Virus record (IMG/VR): IMGVR_UViG_3300021185_001461
Coordinates: 57,229 to 121,228 of that record
Length of the DNA: 64,000 nucleotides
Direction: 5' to 3' (one strand)
Source: a virus
This document shows positions 1 to 8,758 of the stretch, piece by piece (the first letter of the stretch is position 1; each line of letters starts with the position of its first letter). A program made the translations under genes and the position numbers. The notes under the pieces are model-generated. The model was not told the origin of the DNA. It did not search any database and was given only the letters and a program-made list of their open reading frames with translations.

Positions 1-1640
1 GTAATTGTTTTTGTACTTAATCCGCCTGGTGCGTTTGGCACTGCATTAACTTGAAAAGTTAAGCTGGCCGAATCTGTTTGAGCTGTTATATCTGGAGTAC
101 CTGTTGCAGTAAAATCTAATTGATAGTTACCAGGTGTTACTCCTGTAAAATCATGTTGGACACTGTTTAGTCCTGCTTCATTGTCATTAGCACTGCCATC
201 GTTCCAATCGTATTCATGATTGTCACCATTTTCACTTGTGTTGTTTACAGTAACTAATGCTCTGTTTACGCCGTTATAATCTACGCCATCATAAACATCA
301 TATATGTTATCGCCGTTACGGTCTGAAACTGTATCAGCACTACCTGAGATGTTAGCTCTAACATCTGGTTCTACATGAATTACAAAGTCTGTACTTTCAA
401 AAGGACTGCTAGTGTGATTACTTACAACTTGTAAGTTACCTGTATAATCTGCTGGCGTACTATTATTTGAAAGTGTGTACTTGTGTGTTATTGTTCTTCC
501 GGTATCACCGCTTTGATTACTTCCTGCGTTTACTGTTGTAATTGTTCCATCACCAAAATCCCATCTATAAGTTGTTCCATATGTACTGTAACTTCCTATA
601 GTATTTTCAGTGTTGTTAGTAAATGTTACTGTTAATCCTGCATTTGATTCTTCATTAATACCTGTTGTAATATTTGAAGTAGTATCAGGTGTATGGTCAT
701 CATATATTTTATACGAAGCATCATCATCAAGTGGGAGTATTGATGGCGTAGCTGTGCTATGACTGTCTAATGTTAGTGTAACGGTTCTTTGTACTTCTGC
801 TTCTGTACTAAGAGCAAACGTGTGAGACAATCGTCCTCCGCCTACACCGCCTGCTACACTATCGCTATTAATAACATCATCTGCGGAACCATCACCCCAA
901 TCCCATGTGTATTGAATTACTGCTCCTGATGTGTTAGTTGTTGTATTTTCGAAATAGACAGTATCGCCATCATCCCAATATGTAATTGCGTTGCCACCAG
1001 TTGGTGCATCGTATACTACAAATGAAACTGCTGGATCGCCTGTAAAAATTGTTATATAATCTTCTCTTATTTTAGTAGAAGTTGAACCTGTTCCAGATCC
1101 ATTATTATTAAAAGCCGTTACTGTTACATCAAACGGGCTTCCTGTGTTAGTTGAATAGGTATGAGTTGGAGTTGAATCTGTTGTTGCAGTTGTTGAGGAA
1201 CCATCGCCCCAATTAATAGTATATCTGTTTGGATTTCCGTCAGCAGTAATAGTAAGAGTAGAAGTTAGACCTGCGCCGCCTGTAACAATGTTAGCAGTAA
1301 AATCAACGCCTTTAACAAATGTATTATTCTGTACGTTTAGAAGTGCTTCGTTAATATCATCAATAGCATCACCTACTGTTGTAGTACTTAACCATCCTTC
1401 AATTGCACCGTCTGTCCAACTACTGTCTGAACTTACACCTAATGTTAAATCAATAGCATTACTACCACCACTATTTGCTTCTAGGTATGCTTTTGTTACA
1501 AGATCTTGTTGATCTACTGGATCAGATGCGTTTTTAACAATCTTCGCTGAAACATCAATATTACTTGTGGATCCTGCATCTAATATTAGGTCAGATTCTG
1601 ATTTAATTTTATCTGCCTGATGATTTATGTTTATAGCCAA
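1..1640 (-). CDS. PKD-repeat virion structural/adhesin-like protein (partial, runs off the window start)
   Basis: Missing from the ORF track. Manual translation from TTG at 1640 (GAGGA RBS upstream) gives MAININHQADKIKSESDLILDAG..., with repeated PKD-like motifs YTINWGDGSS..PTHTY, YTWDWGDGS, YRWDFGDGT. Thr/Ser/Asn-rich. Confidence 0.8.
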   Translation of the reverse strand, partial: MAININHQADKIKSESDLILDAGSTSNIDVSAKIVKNASDPVDQQDLVTKAYLEANSGGSNAIDLTLGVSSDSSWTDGAIEGWLSTTTVGDAIDDINEALLNVQNNTFVKGVDFTANIVTGGAGLTSTLTITADGNPNRYTINWGDGSSTTATTDSTPTHTYSTNTGSPFDVTVTAFNNNGSGTGSTSTKIREDYITIFTGDPAVSFVVYDAPTGGNAITYWDDGDTVYFENTTTNTSGAVIQYTWDWGDGSADDVINSDSVAGGVGGGRLSHTFALSTEAEVQRTVTLTLDSHSTATPSILPLDDDASYKIYDDHTPDTTSNITTGINEESNAGLTVTFTNNTENTIGSYSTYGTTYRWDFGDGTITTVNAGSNQSGDTGRTITHKYTLSNNSTPADYTGNLQVVSNHTSSPFESTDFVIHVEPDVRANISGSADTVSDRNGDNIYDVYDGVDYNGVNRALVTVNNTSENGDNHEYDWNDGSANDNEAGLNSVQHDFTGVTPGNYQLDFTATGTPDITAQTDSASLTFQVNAVPNAPGGLSTKTI

Positions 1641-1711
1641 CTTCTTCTATTCCTCACAATTTCGCTTCGCTCTTGCGTTTTTGTATTTATTTTGTTTTTT
1701 CTAGCTTTGCT

Positions 1712-2311
1712 TTATGCTATGCTAGAACCATAAACAGAAAGAATAGACCAACCAGAACTTGTATAAATTAAATCTATACTTTGTCCTGCTGTTGTAAAAG
1801 ATATTGTATTAAAACCATTTGCAGTATCCGGTGTTACAACTACTGTACCACTTGGTGCTGATATAACAACTATTGTTTTTCTTTCACCTACTTCTCCATT
1901 TGCTAAACTTAATGCCAAATCAGTACTTACATCTATATACAACATTCCTGTTGTGCTAGAAGATGCTGAGTTTGTTACTGATTGCGGTATTGTTACTGCT
2001 TTTTGAGAATAAGATGTATTCCAAGGTTTTATAGTGCTACCTATGTTATATATGATCCCAGAGGCTGTGTTTGGAATAACATGGCTGCTTATATTGGCAT
2101 TTATTGCCAATGAGCCTCCTCCATTGCCTAGTGATATAACATCTCCGTTTACTAAAAGAGTTCCACCTACATACATATTTCCTGATGTATAATGGCCTCC
2201 TTTAATATGAAGTGCTGCACCTACTGGATCAACAGGAGATACGCTAACGTCTAATGCATTAGTGCTTTCAATTACTAGTGTTCCAGAATCTGGGTTAATG
2301 TGTGATGACAT
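1712..2311 (-). CDS. putative virion/tail-fibre-associated protein
   Basis: 199-aa Ser/Thr/Gly-rich beta-type ORF; late-type box (ATAAATA on minus) near 2349-2355. Confidence 0.6.
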   Translation of the reverse strand: MSSHINPDSGTLVIESTNALDVSVSPVDPVGAALHIKGGHYTSGNMYVGGTLLVNGDVISLGNGGGSLAINANISSHVIPNTASGIIYNIGSTIKPWNTSYSQKAVTIPQSVTNSASSSTTGMLYIDVSTDLALSLANGEVGERKTIVVISAPSGTVVVTPDTANGFNTISFTTAGQSIDLIYTSSGWSILSVYGSSIA

Positions 2312-2417
2312 AATACTTTTTCCTACTACTTCCTATTATTATATATGTATTTATCAAAGACAGAGAGTTTTTGCTGCTCAAAGAAAAAGACGCTCTAAAG
2401 CGCCTTTTAAAAAATAA

Positions 2418-2628
2418 GCAAAATAGGTAGGACTCGGTTATACCTACAAGCACGTACACAGAATACCATTCTATCACGCACAACCTAGTTCCGCTCGGTA
2501 GAGCAATGTGATCCTTAGTCTCTCAACCTCGAACCTGGGTACCACCCCTAACTAGTCAAGTTCGACCCTTCTGGTAAAGGCCTCTTCCTTGCACTATAAA
2601 CAAAAGTTAATTATTCTCTTGTTGCTAT
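2418..2628 (-). ncRNA. candidate structured ncRNA (~175-nt core, pseudoknotted), family unassigned
   Basis: ORF-free and GC-richer than its flanks; several complementary segments (see findings); own sigma70 promoter at 2635-2663. Confidence 0.6.
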
Positions 2629-2634
2629 GTACTT

Positions 2635-2663
2635 AATATACAACGTTTTTGCATAAAGGTCAA
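2635..2663 (-). promoter_or_regulatory. sigma70-type promoter for the candidate ncRNA
   Basis: TTGACC-17nt-TATATT on the minus strand. Confidence 0.65.
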
Positions 2664-2681
2664 CCTTTTTTTTAAAAAAAA

Positions 2682-2834
2682 TTAAATTTTTTGTAATCTA
2701 GGGTCTGATGCAAGAATATTCTTGTCAGCACGTGGTCTTGACAATGGTCTTTGCAGTTGTTTTTTGTGAATTGCTTTGTGTGATCGTTTAGTACGCTCTT
2801 TTTTACGAGCTATTTCGAAGTCTCTATGATTCAT
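2682..2834 (-). CDS. small basic protein (50 aa) downstream of a glutamine riboswitch
   Basis: Manual translation: MNHRDFEIARKKERTKRSHKAIHKKQLQRPLSRPRADKNILASDPRLQKI*; AAGGA RBS upstream. Confidence 0.7.
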   Translation of the reverse strand: MNHRDFEIARKKERTKRSHKAIHKKQLQRPLSRPRADKNILASDPRLQKI

Positions 2835-2858
2835 AACACTCTTCCTTTTAAAGTTAAG

Positions 2859-2904
2859 TGCGTTCCTTCGCTAGTGCTACTTCCGTCCTAATTTAGGATG
2901 AACG
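2859..2904 (-). promoter_or_regulatory. glutamine-I riboswitch (glnA RNA motif)
   Basis: Minus strand reads CGUUCA-UCCUAAAUUAGGA-CGGAAGUA-GCACUAGC-GAAGGAACGC: P1 CGUUC/GAACG, P2 hairpin, GGAAGUA/GAAG E-loop and short P3, matching the glnA motif as I recall it. Confidence 0.8.
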
Positions 2905-2908
2905 TGAG

Positions 2909-2940
2909 AAAAAAATAGGCCCAATAAAGGGCCTATTTTC
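2909..2940 (-). terminator. rho-independent terminator of the capsid operon
   Basis: AAAATAGGCCC-tttatt-GGGCCTATTTT followed by a T-run on minus, just after the gp23 stop. Confidence 0.85.
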
Positions 2941-2967
2941 ATATTGAATATGTATTCTAGTAAAATA

Positions 2968-4131
2968 TTACTGGAATGACAAGTTACCTGAGTTAACATC
3001 AATTTTAGATAGGTAATCAGCTGCGTTACCAAGAGATGAAGCTTGGTTGTTTAGCTCAACATAACCATAACGTGTCATAAATGATACTGTTGGTTCGAAT
3101 GTTGCCGGATCTAATACTGTGCCTGAGCTCATTAGTGGGATGTATGGGCAGTAAAATGCTGCTGCATCAATCTCACCGTCGCCTTTATAGCCAACTAGTA
3201 CTGGAGCATTATCTGCCGCGTACTGGTCAACAAAAACACGCATAGTGCCGTTCAAAGTACCAACAAATTTAGTGTTAGTTGGAGCTTCGAATGGTCCTTC
3301 AGTTGTTCTTGCGAACGCTGAAGTTGTTGCACTTTGTAGTACAGTTAACATTGTTGGTGAAATAACAACGTAGTTACCTGCGCCTCTACGTGTACGTGCT
3401 GCGATTAAGTTAGCTGATCTGTTAATAAGAACTGCCAACGCCGCATGCTGGTCTCCAACAAACGTTGCTGTACCAGAAACGTTACCCTGGTCATATGTGT
3501 CTGTTGCCGTACCCGCTAATGTGCGAAGTGAAGTTAAAACTTCTTGATCAATCTCAGCAGTAATTTCTTGTGCAAGTGCTTGCATAATTTCTGCTTCAAC
3601 GTCTAGACCGTGCATTGAATTAGCATCTTGTGCCGCTTCAAAAGTCCAACGTGCTGATAATTTACGTGTTTTCGCTTCAACAGTTTGTTTCAATACTTGG
3701 ATTGAAAGCTTCTTACCAGCTTCTGCCTCTAGTGCTGAAGTTGAAGTTGCTGTACCGTTTGATGCGTCACCTGAGTAACCTTTTGCAATTGCGAAAGGTG
3801 ATAGTGCTTCATCACCAGCTGTTACGCCAGCTGCTGTTTGGCCATATCTTACTCTTAATGTGTGAATTTGTCCTACTGGACCTGTCATAGGTTGTACACC
3901 TACTAGTTCGTTTGCGATAACTGTTGGCATCACACGACGAATAACTGGAAGAATCACTTTGTTAAGTGATGCTACGTTACCTGCCATAGTTGTGCCAGCA
4001 TTAGCTGATTCTGAAAGGTAGCCCTTAGTGTTTTCTAGGACTGATTCCATTACAACCTTTTTGTTACCTTCTAAGCCATCTGTAAGGGCGTCTTTTGTAA
4101 CGTCCCAATTTTCAAATAGATTCTGTGTCAT
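2968..4131 (-). CDS. gp23: major capsid protein (T4 gp23-like)
   Basis: Motifs GVQPMTGPVG, TVEAKTRKL.A.WT.E.AQD, AFYCPYIPL, FMTRYG. Confidence 0.97.
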   Translation of the reverse strand: MTQNLFENWDVTKDALTDGLEGNKKVVMESVLENTKGYLSESANAGTTMAGNVASLNKVILPVIRRVMPTVIANELVGVQPMTGPVGQIHTLRVRYGQTAAGVTAGDEALSPFAIAKGYSGDASNGTATSTSALEAEAGKKLSIQVLKQTVEAKTRKLSARWTFEAAQDANSMHGLDVEAEIMQALAQEITAEIDQEVLTSLRTLAGTATDTYDQGNVSGTATFVGDQHAALAVLINRSANLIAARTRRGAGNYVVISPTMLTVLQSATTSAFARTTEGPFEAPTNTKFVGTLNGTMRVFVDQYAADNAPVLVGYKGDGEIDAAAFYCPYIPLMSSGTVLDPATFEPTVSFMTRYGYVELNNQASSLGNAADYLSKIDVNSGNLSFQ

Positions 4132-4143
4132 TTGGAATTCTCC

Positions 4144-5241
4144 TTAGTTGATTCCTGCTAACTTTTTAAGGTTAATAATTTCGGCTTTACTATCAGTTTC
4201 CTGAGTCGTGTCTGCCTTGTTACCGGTAATCTCAGTCTTCTGAGATTCTGTTAGTTTTTGTGACTTAACTGGGCTTGATTCGTTTAATACTGTTGGTAAG
4301 TATTTGTTGAATTGAGCTTTAAGTTTACTTGTGCTTACGCTTTCAAGTAAATTGTTCATTAATTCACGCTTATCTTTAGATAGTGGAGACATAAGTTCAG
4401 TCATAACTGCCTCACGCTCACGGCTTTCATTGATCTTCGCAACTTGTTTTTCTGCTACATCAATCTTTGCCTCTCTATCTGCAATTTCTTTTTGTGATTC
4501 GTCAAGTTGACTTTTCACATCTGAAAGTTCTTTTGAAAGTTTTGAAATGTGTGTTCCTTCAGCTATATGAGAACTCATAAACTCAGCTGCAAAAGTTTCG
4601 AACAATTTACGTCCGAACATATTTTCTTTTGCTTGCTTGATGTCTTCTTTCAACGTACCTAATTCTGTTGACAATGTTGTATCAACAATACTAGCTAGTT
4701 TGCCAGAAGCTTTGTTTATAAAGTCTTCTTTTGCTTTAGTGATCATTTCTTTACCTTCCGCGACAAGTTTTACCTTTTGTTCAATAAGGTCTTTCTTATC
4801 ACTATGGAATTCATTAAGTTCTGAAGTAAGTTGTTCCATCACAAAATCTTCTAGCTTCTCAAAGTTGCCTTCTTGTAGCTTTCTGTCTTTGCGTAGTTCT
4901 GTAATTTCCTTGTTAAGCGTTTCCATAACAAACTTATCAAGTATTTCTGCATGTTGCGAAATTTGACGTTTATACTCAACTTGAGCTTCTACTGCCGCTT
5001 TTTTGTCCGCTGCAAATTCTTTCAATTCGGTATTAATCGTATCTGATACCATGGCATCTAGTGCTTCCACCATTGATGTCTTATCAGTTTCGTACCTGTT
5101 AGCGAATTCTTCACGTAATTCAGCAGTGATCTCTTCACGAGCTTCTGTTAAACGTTCTTCCCATGCTTCTGAAAGTGTTGAACGCACTTCCTCAGAAAGG
5201 ACTTCGGAACTTAGGAGTTGTTCTATTGCATTATTAGCCAT
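4144..5241 (-). CDS. gp22: prohead core scaffold protein (gp22-like)
   Basis: Glu/Lys-rich coiled coil lying between the protease and the major capsid gene. Confidence 0.85.
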   Translation of the reverse strand: MANNAIEQLLSSEVLSEEVRSTLSEAWEERLTEAREEITAELREEFANRYETDKTSMVEALDAMVSDTINTELKEFAADKKAAVEAQVEYKRQISQHAEILDKFVMETLNKEITELRKDRKLQEGNFEKLEDFVMEQLTSELNEFHSDKKDLIEQKVKLVAEGKEMITKAKEDFINKASGKLASIVDTTLSTELGTLKEDIKQAKENMFGRKLFETFAAEFMSSHIAEGTHISKLSKELSDVKSQLDESQKEIADREAKIDVAEKQVAKINESREREAVMTELMSPLSKDKRELMNNLLESVSTSKLKAQFNKYLPTVLNESSPVKSQKLTESQKTEITGNKADTTQETDSKAEIINLKKLAGIN

Positions 5242-5871
5242 CTAGCTTCTCCTAATGTTTAGTTTTTCAATGAACTTTAATACTTCCTTCTGGAGGTATG
5301 TTTCGGCTAAATTATCGTCTTTTGCCGCAGCAGCAACGTCAAGTAAGATGTTACCACGATGACCATTCATAATTTGTTCATATAAAGGATCTGGGTAGGC
5401 ATCTGGTGCACTTGGGTTAGCAACAATATCAACAGTTTGTATTTCAAAATCACTGACATTACCGCTTTCTGCTACATTACCACTACCTCTTGACGAAACG
5501 CCAAGTTTTACTCCATTCTCTAATAGGGTTTTACAAATATTTCCCATCGGAGTAGGTAGCAATTTTAAACGACCATAACCGTCTTGACCGTCCATCCACA
5601 TTTTTTCAATCATGTGAGATACACGGTCTAAATTAACTTGCAAATCATCTGGATGATCTGCTTCGCCTAATACTGAATAACCAGTTTCAATTTTTTCTTG
5701 TATTGCCTTAACGGCTTTTGAAATTTCATTAACTGGATAAACTCTACTATTCTGATTACGCTTGTCACCTTGTACAAAGATACCTTGCATAAACAAGTTC
5801 TTACCTTCCTGATCTGACTCAGTAATGATTTTCGCTTGATCATAACTTAGATTCTCTTTAAGTGTAAGCAT
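5242..5871 (-). CDS. gp21: prohead protease (gp21-like)
   Basis: Motifs GIFVQ..RN.N.RVYP, LGEADHP, LGVSSRGSG, DIVANPSAPDA. Confidence 0.95.
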   Translation of the reverse strand: MLTLKENLSYDQAKIITESDQEGKNLFMQGIFVQGDKRNQNSRVYPVNEISKAVKAIQEKIETGYSVLGEADHPDDLQVNLDRVSHMIEKMWMDGQDGYGRLKLLPTPMGNICKTLLENGVKLGVSSRGSGNVAESGNVSDFEIQTVDIVANPSAPDAYPDPLYEQIMNGHRGNILLDVAAAAKDDNLAETYLQKEVLKFIEKLNIRRS

Positions 5872-5873
5872 AA

Positions 5874-6728
5874 TTAGTTACTCTTGCCTTTTTTCTCAGC
5901 GCCGTGTCCTTTTGGTTCTGCTTTAAGATCGCCTGCCTCTTGTGGGCCAGTTACGTTCATATCTTTAGCATCGCCTGTTAGACCTTTTTTTGCACCTTCT
6001 GAAGATTTCTTAGACATGTCTACTGCTTTGCCGCCCATGTCGTTCTTACCTGCAACTGGTGACGCTTTACCGTCATCGCCTGCTGGCATACTTACTGGAG
6101 CTGCTTTTAGTTCTGCACCTTCTTCGATTTCTTCTGAGTCTTCATCAGTTTCAGCATCAGTTTCTTCAATTACTGGAGATACTGCTTCTTCCATTTCTGG
6201 TTCCATTTCTGGTTCCATTTCTGGTTCCATTTCTGGCATAGCTTCTTCTTCTGAATCACCCATTACTTTGGCAAATTCTGCTTTAAGATCAGCTAGTGCG
6301 TCTTCGACGTTTACTAACTTATCTTCAATTTCTTCATGCTCTTCTTCGTGATCGTCTGTTTCACCGTCACTGTCGAAGTCCATGTCGCCATCTTCATCAG
6401 ATAGTTCCATTTCAGCTTCTGGCTCTGTTAGCTCAGATTCAGGTGCGTCTTCGCCCTCTTCATCTTCGCCGTACATTTCCTCGGCTTTAATTTCCTCATC
6501 GTCTTCTTCGATGTCGTCGATAAAGTCATCAGCTTTTTCTCCGCCGATCGCTTCATCTATTTCTTCTTCCGCTACTTCATCTTCAACAACTTCGTCAGCT
6601 TCGACTAGGTCATTCCAGATTTCACGTGCTTTTTCTACGAATGCTTCGTGTAATAAATCAGAAGCTTTTGCTTCTTCACCATTAACTAGGCTTTCTATCA
6701 CTTTAATATAACGTTCGCGAGTACTCAT
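5874..6728 (-). CDS. highly acidic prohead core protein (gp67-like position)
   Basis: Asp/Glu-rich; the likely start is ATG 6728 (AAGGAG RBS) rather than 6785; lies between portal and protease. Confidence 0.7.
   Translation of the reverse strand: MSTRERYIKVIESLVNGEEAKASDLLHEAFVEKAREIWNDLVEADEVVEDEVAEEEIDEAIGGEKADDFIDDIEEDDEEIKAEEMYGEDEEGEDAPESELTEPEAEMELSDEDGDMDFDSDGETDDHEEEHEEIEDKLVNVEDALADLKAEFAKVMGDSEEEAMPEMEPEMEPEMEPEMEEAVSPVIEETDAETDEDSEEIEEGAELKAAPVSMPAGDDGKASPVAGKNDMGGKAVDMSKKSSEGAKKGLTGDAKDMNVTGPQEAGDLKAEPKGHGAEKKGKSN
6189..6236. repeat. 12-bp tandem repeat x4 (encodes MEPE repeats)
   Basis: TTCCATTTCTGG repeated four times. Confidence 0.95.
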
Positions 6729-6862
6729 TTGACATTCTCCTTTATCGAGGTTATAACACATGTATTTAGTCTTACTGCTAGGCAAGATATCTTAAATACA
6801 AAAAAAACCGCGGTTTTGATGCCACGGTTAGGGTTTTATGCATTATAAGTGTATATTACTTA

Positions 6863-7057
6863 CTATGCTTCGGGGCTAGCGCCGTACTGTAGTTGCACAT
6901 CTTCTATCTTATCTGCATGCTCACTACGAGTCATTTCGCGTCTATTACGCATTTTATTTAGATGTTTTAGCGTCAATTTAGGTCTACGAGTATCATCCTC
7001 GTCCCATTTATTGAAGTTATCATCTTGTTCGTTTTGTGCTAATTCATTAAATCGCAT
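6863..7057 (-). CDS. small head-module protein
   Basis: MRFNELAQNE...DTRRPKLTLKHLNKMR...LQYG; the ATG overlaps the end of the portal gene. Confidence 0.7.
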   Translation of the reverse strand: MRFNELAQNEQDDNFNKWDEDDTRRPKLTLKHLNKMRNRREMTRSEHADKIEDVQLQYGASPEA

Positions 7058-8720
7058 CGTCTGGTACTCCTGTGTCTCCACCTAGATCGGCATCGCCACC
7101 GTCTGTTGGTAGATCATCTAATCCTTCGTCACCGGCATTCTCTGCTCCTACATCTGTAGGTTCAAAACTATCTACGTCTGAGCCTCTTAGACCCATTCCG
7201 CCTAAGTCACCTGTTGCCGATCCTGCTGGCTTGTTACCAGCTTGATTTTCTTCTTTCCACATTCTTTCATTCTCAACCATTTCTTCTTCGTTAAGTCCCA
7301 AGTATCTTTGAAGTATAAATCTCTTAGATAAGTATGGAACTGCTTCAATAGAACTGAATAGGTTTGCCTTTTGAGCATCAATTTCAATGTTTCTATATTG
7401 TGAGAAACTTTGTGGTTCAGTAAATGATAAATTAAATAAACTAGCACTAACATCTAGTCCTCTGTGCTTACAGAATAATTTAAACTCGTGGTCTAATGTT
7501 TGTTGTAGTGTTAGTTGTAATCTTTCACAATACTTTGCAAAACGGAATTCTTGGATCATTGCAGTACCAATACGTCCGTCATTAAACGCCGCTATACCGT
7601 CTTCACTTCCAGTTGGAAGGTACGATGTTGGTACACGAAGTCCACGCATTAACTTGTTATTAAAGTACTTTAAATCATCAATCTCACCAAGGTTTTCACC
7701 GCCTGGTAATACTTCAACTTTAGATCCACGTCCTTCTGCTGTTTGGGCAAAGAAGTAATCTTCCATAATTGATAATGGGTTATATGAAGCGTCAACAACT
7801 TTTGTACCACCACCACTCATATTTGGAATACGTGTTTGGTGTACTTCGTTTTTAACTCTTTCCACAAAGCCCATTGCCTTGTGTGCTGGCATGTTACCAA
7901 CATCAATATAAAATACTCTACGTTCTGGTGCACGTTGTACACGATAGATAATAATACTGTCTTCTAATAATTCTTTTTGTTTATATACTTTAAATACTGG
8001 TTCTAGTATACTGTCACCAAATGGCCAGTTACTGTTCATTCCATCACTTAAACTAACATGTACTATATGTTTTGAATCTACTGCAAACTCTGAATTTTGT
8101 CCGCCTGATGAATTTGGTGTTACAATTCCTGCATTTCCTTTGCCAACTGTATAACCTGTTGTTGGATTTACCGCAGTTGCATCAGAATGTTTTTTAGTAT
8201 CAGTTGCAACCATGTCTTGTAAATTAAGTGCAATATTTTTAATAATGTACTGATCAATTTCTCTGCCTTCGCTTTCGTTAACAATAGCTTTGGCAACATC
8301 GCCTGGTTGAACAAATATAAGTTTATATGTTTCTGGATCTCTAATAAAAAACTGATCACCGTATTTGATACATGATCTAAACATAGTAAATATTCTACGT
8401 TCGAGATTATTAATATTAACCCATTGTCTTAGTGTGGTTTCTAATGCAGTTACTTCCGAATCTGTTGGAGTTGTTTTATAGTTGATTTCAAAAGGCAAAC
8501 TTGATTCTGGATCTACTTGTGTACTAAATTCTGCAATAGTATCTAATGCCGCATTAATTTCACTGTCTTGATCCATTTGATCATACTGTGTATAACGCTC
8601 AATACGATTCGGTTGGCCCGAATATACTTCTGGTAACCAACTTTGCCAGCGGTTTGTTTTAGCATTACCACTGCTACTGCCAGATGGGTCGTATTTTGTA
8701 AAGTGTTTTTTCCAACTCAT
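7047..8720 (-). CDS. gp20: portal protein (gp20-like)
   Basis: Motifs LLEDSIIIYRVQRAPERRVFYIDVGNMP, MEDYFF, LPGGENLGEIDDLKYF. Confidence 0.97.
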   Translation of the reverse strand: MSWKKHFTKYDPSGSSSGNAKTNRWQSWLPEVYSGQPNRIERYTQYDQMDQDSEINAALDTIAEFSTQVDPESSLPFEINYKTTPTDSEVTALETTLRQWVNINNLERRIFTMFRSCIKYGDQFFIRDPETYKLIFVQPGDVAKAIVNESEGREIDQYIIKNIALNLQDMVATDTKKHSDATAVNPTTGYTVGKGNAGIVTPNSSGGQNSEFAVDSKHIVHVSLSDGMNSNWPFGDSILEPVFKVYKQKELLEDSIIIYRVQRAPERRVFYIDVGNMPAHKAMGFVERVKNEVHQTRIPNMSGGGTKVVDASYNPLSIMEDYFFAQTAEGRGSKVEVLPGGENLGEIDDLKYFNNKLMRGLRVPTSYLPTGSEDGIAAFNDGRIGTAMIQEFRFAKYCERLQLTLQQTLDHEFKLFCKHRGLDVSASLFNLSFTEPQSFSQYRNIEIDAQKANLFSSIEAVPYLSKRFILQRYLGLNEEEMVENERMWKEENQAGNKPAGSATGDLGGMGLRGSDVDSFEPTDVGAENAGDEGLDDLPTDGGDADLGGDTGVPDDAI

Positions 8721-8758
8721 AATGTGTGCCTTTTATTGTATTTGTATTTATCCATCTC

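Noticed and set aside
2295-2483. 62-aa minus-strand ORF
   Set aside because: It overlaps the structured RNA candidate, has no RBS and has atypical composition.
2418-2490. Group II intron domain V/VI remnant
   Set aside because: The resemblance (GUGCG, CCUACC) is superficial; there is no AGC/CGC catalytic triad hairpin of domain V geometry.
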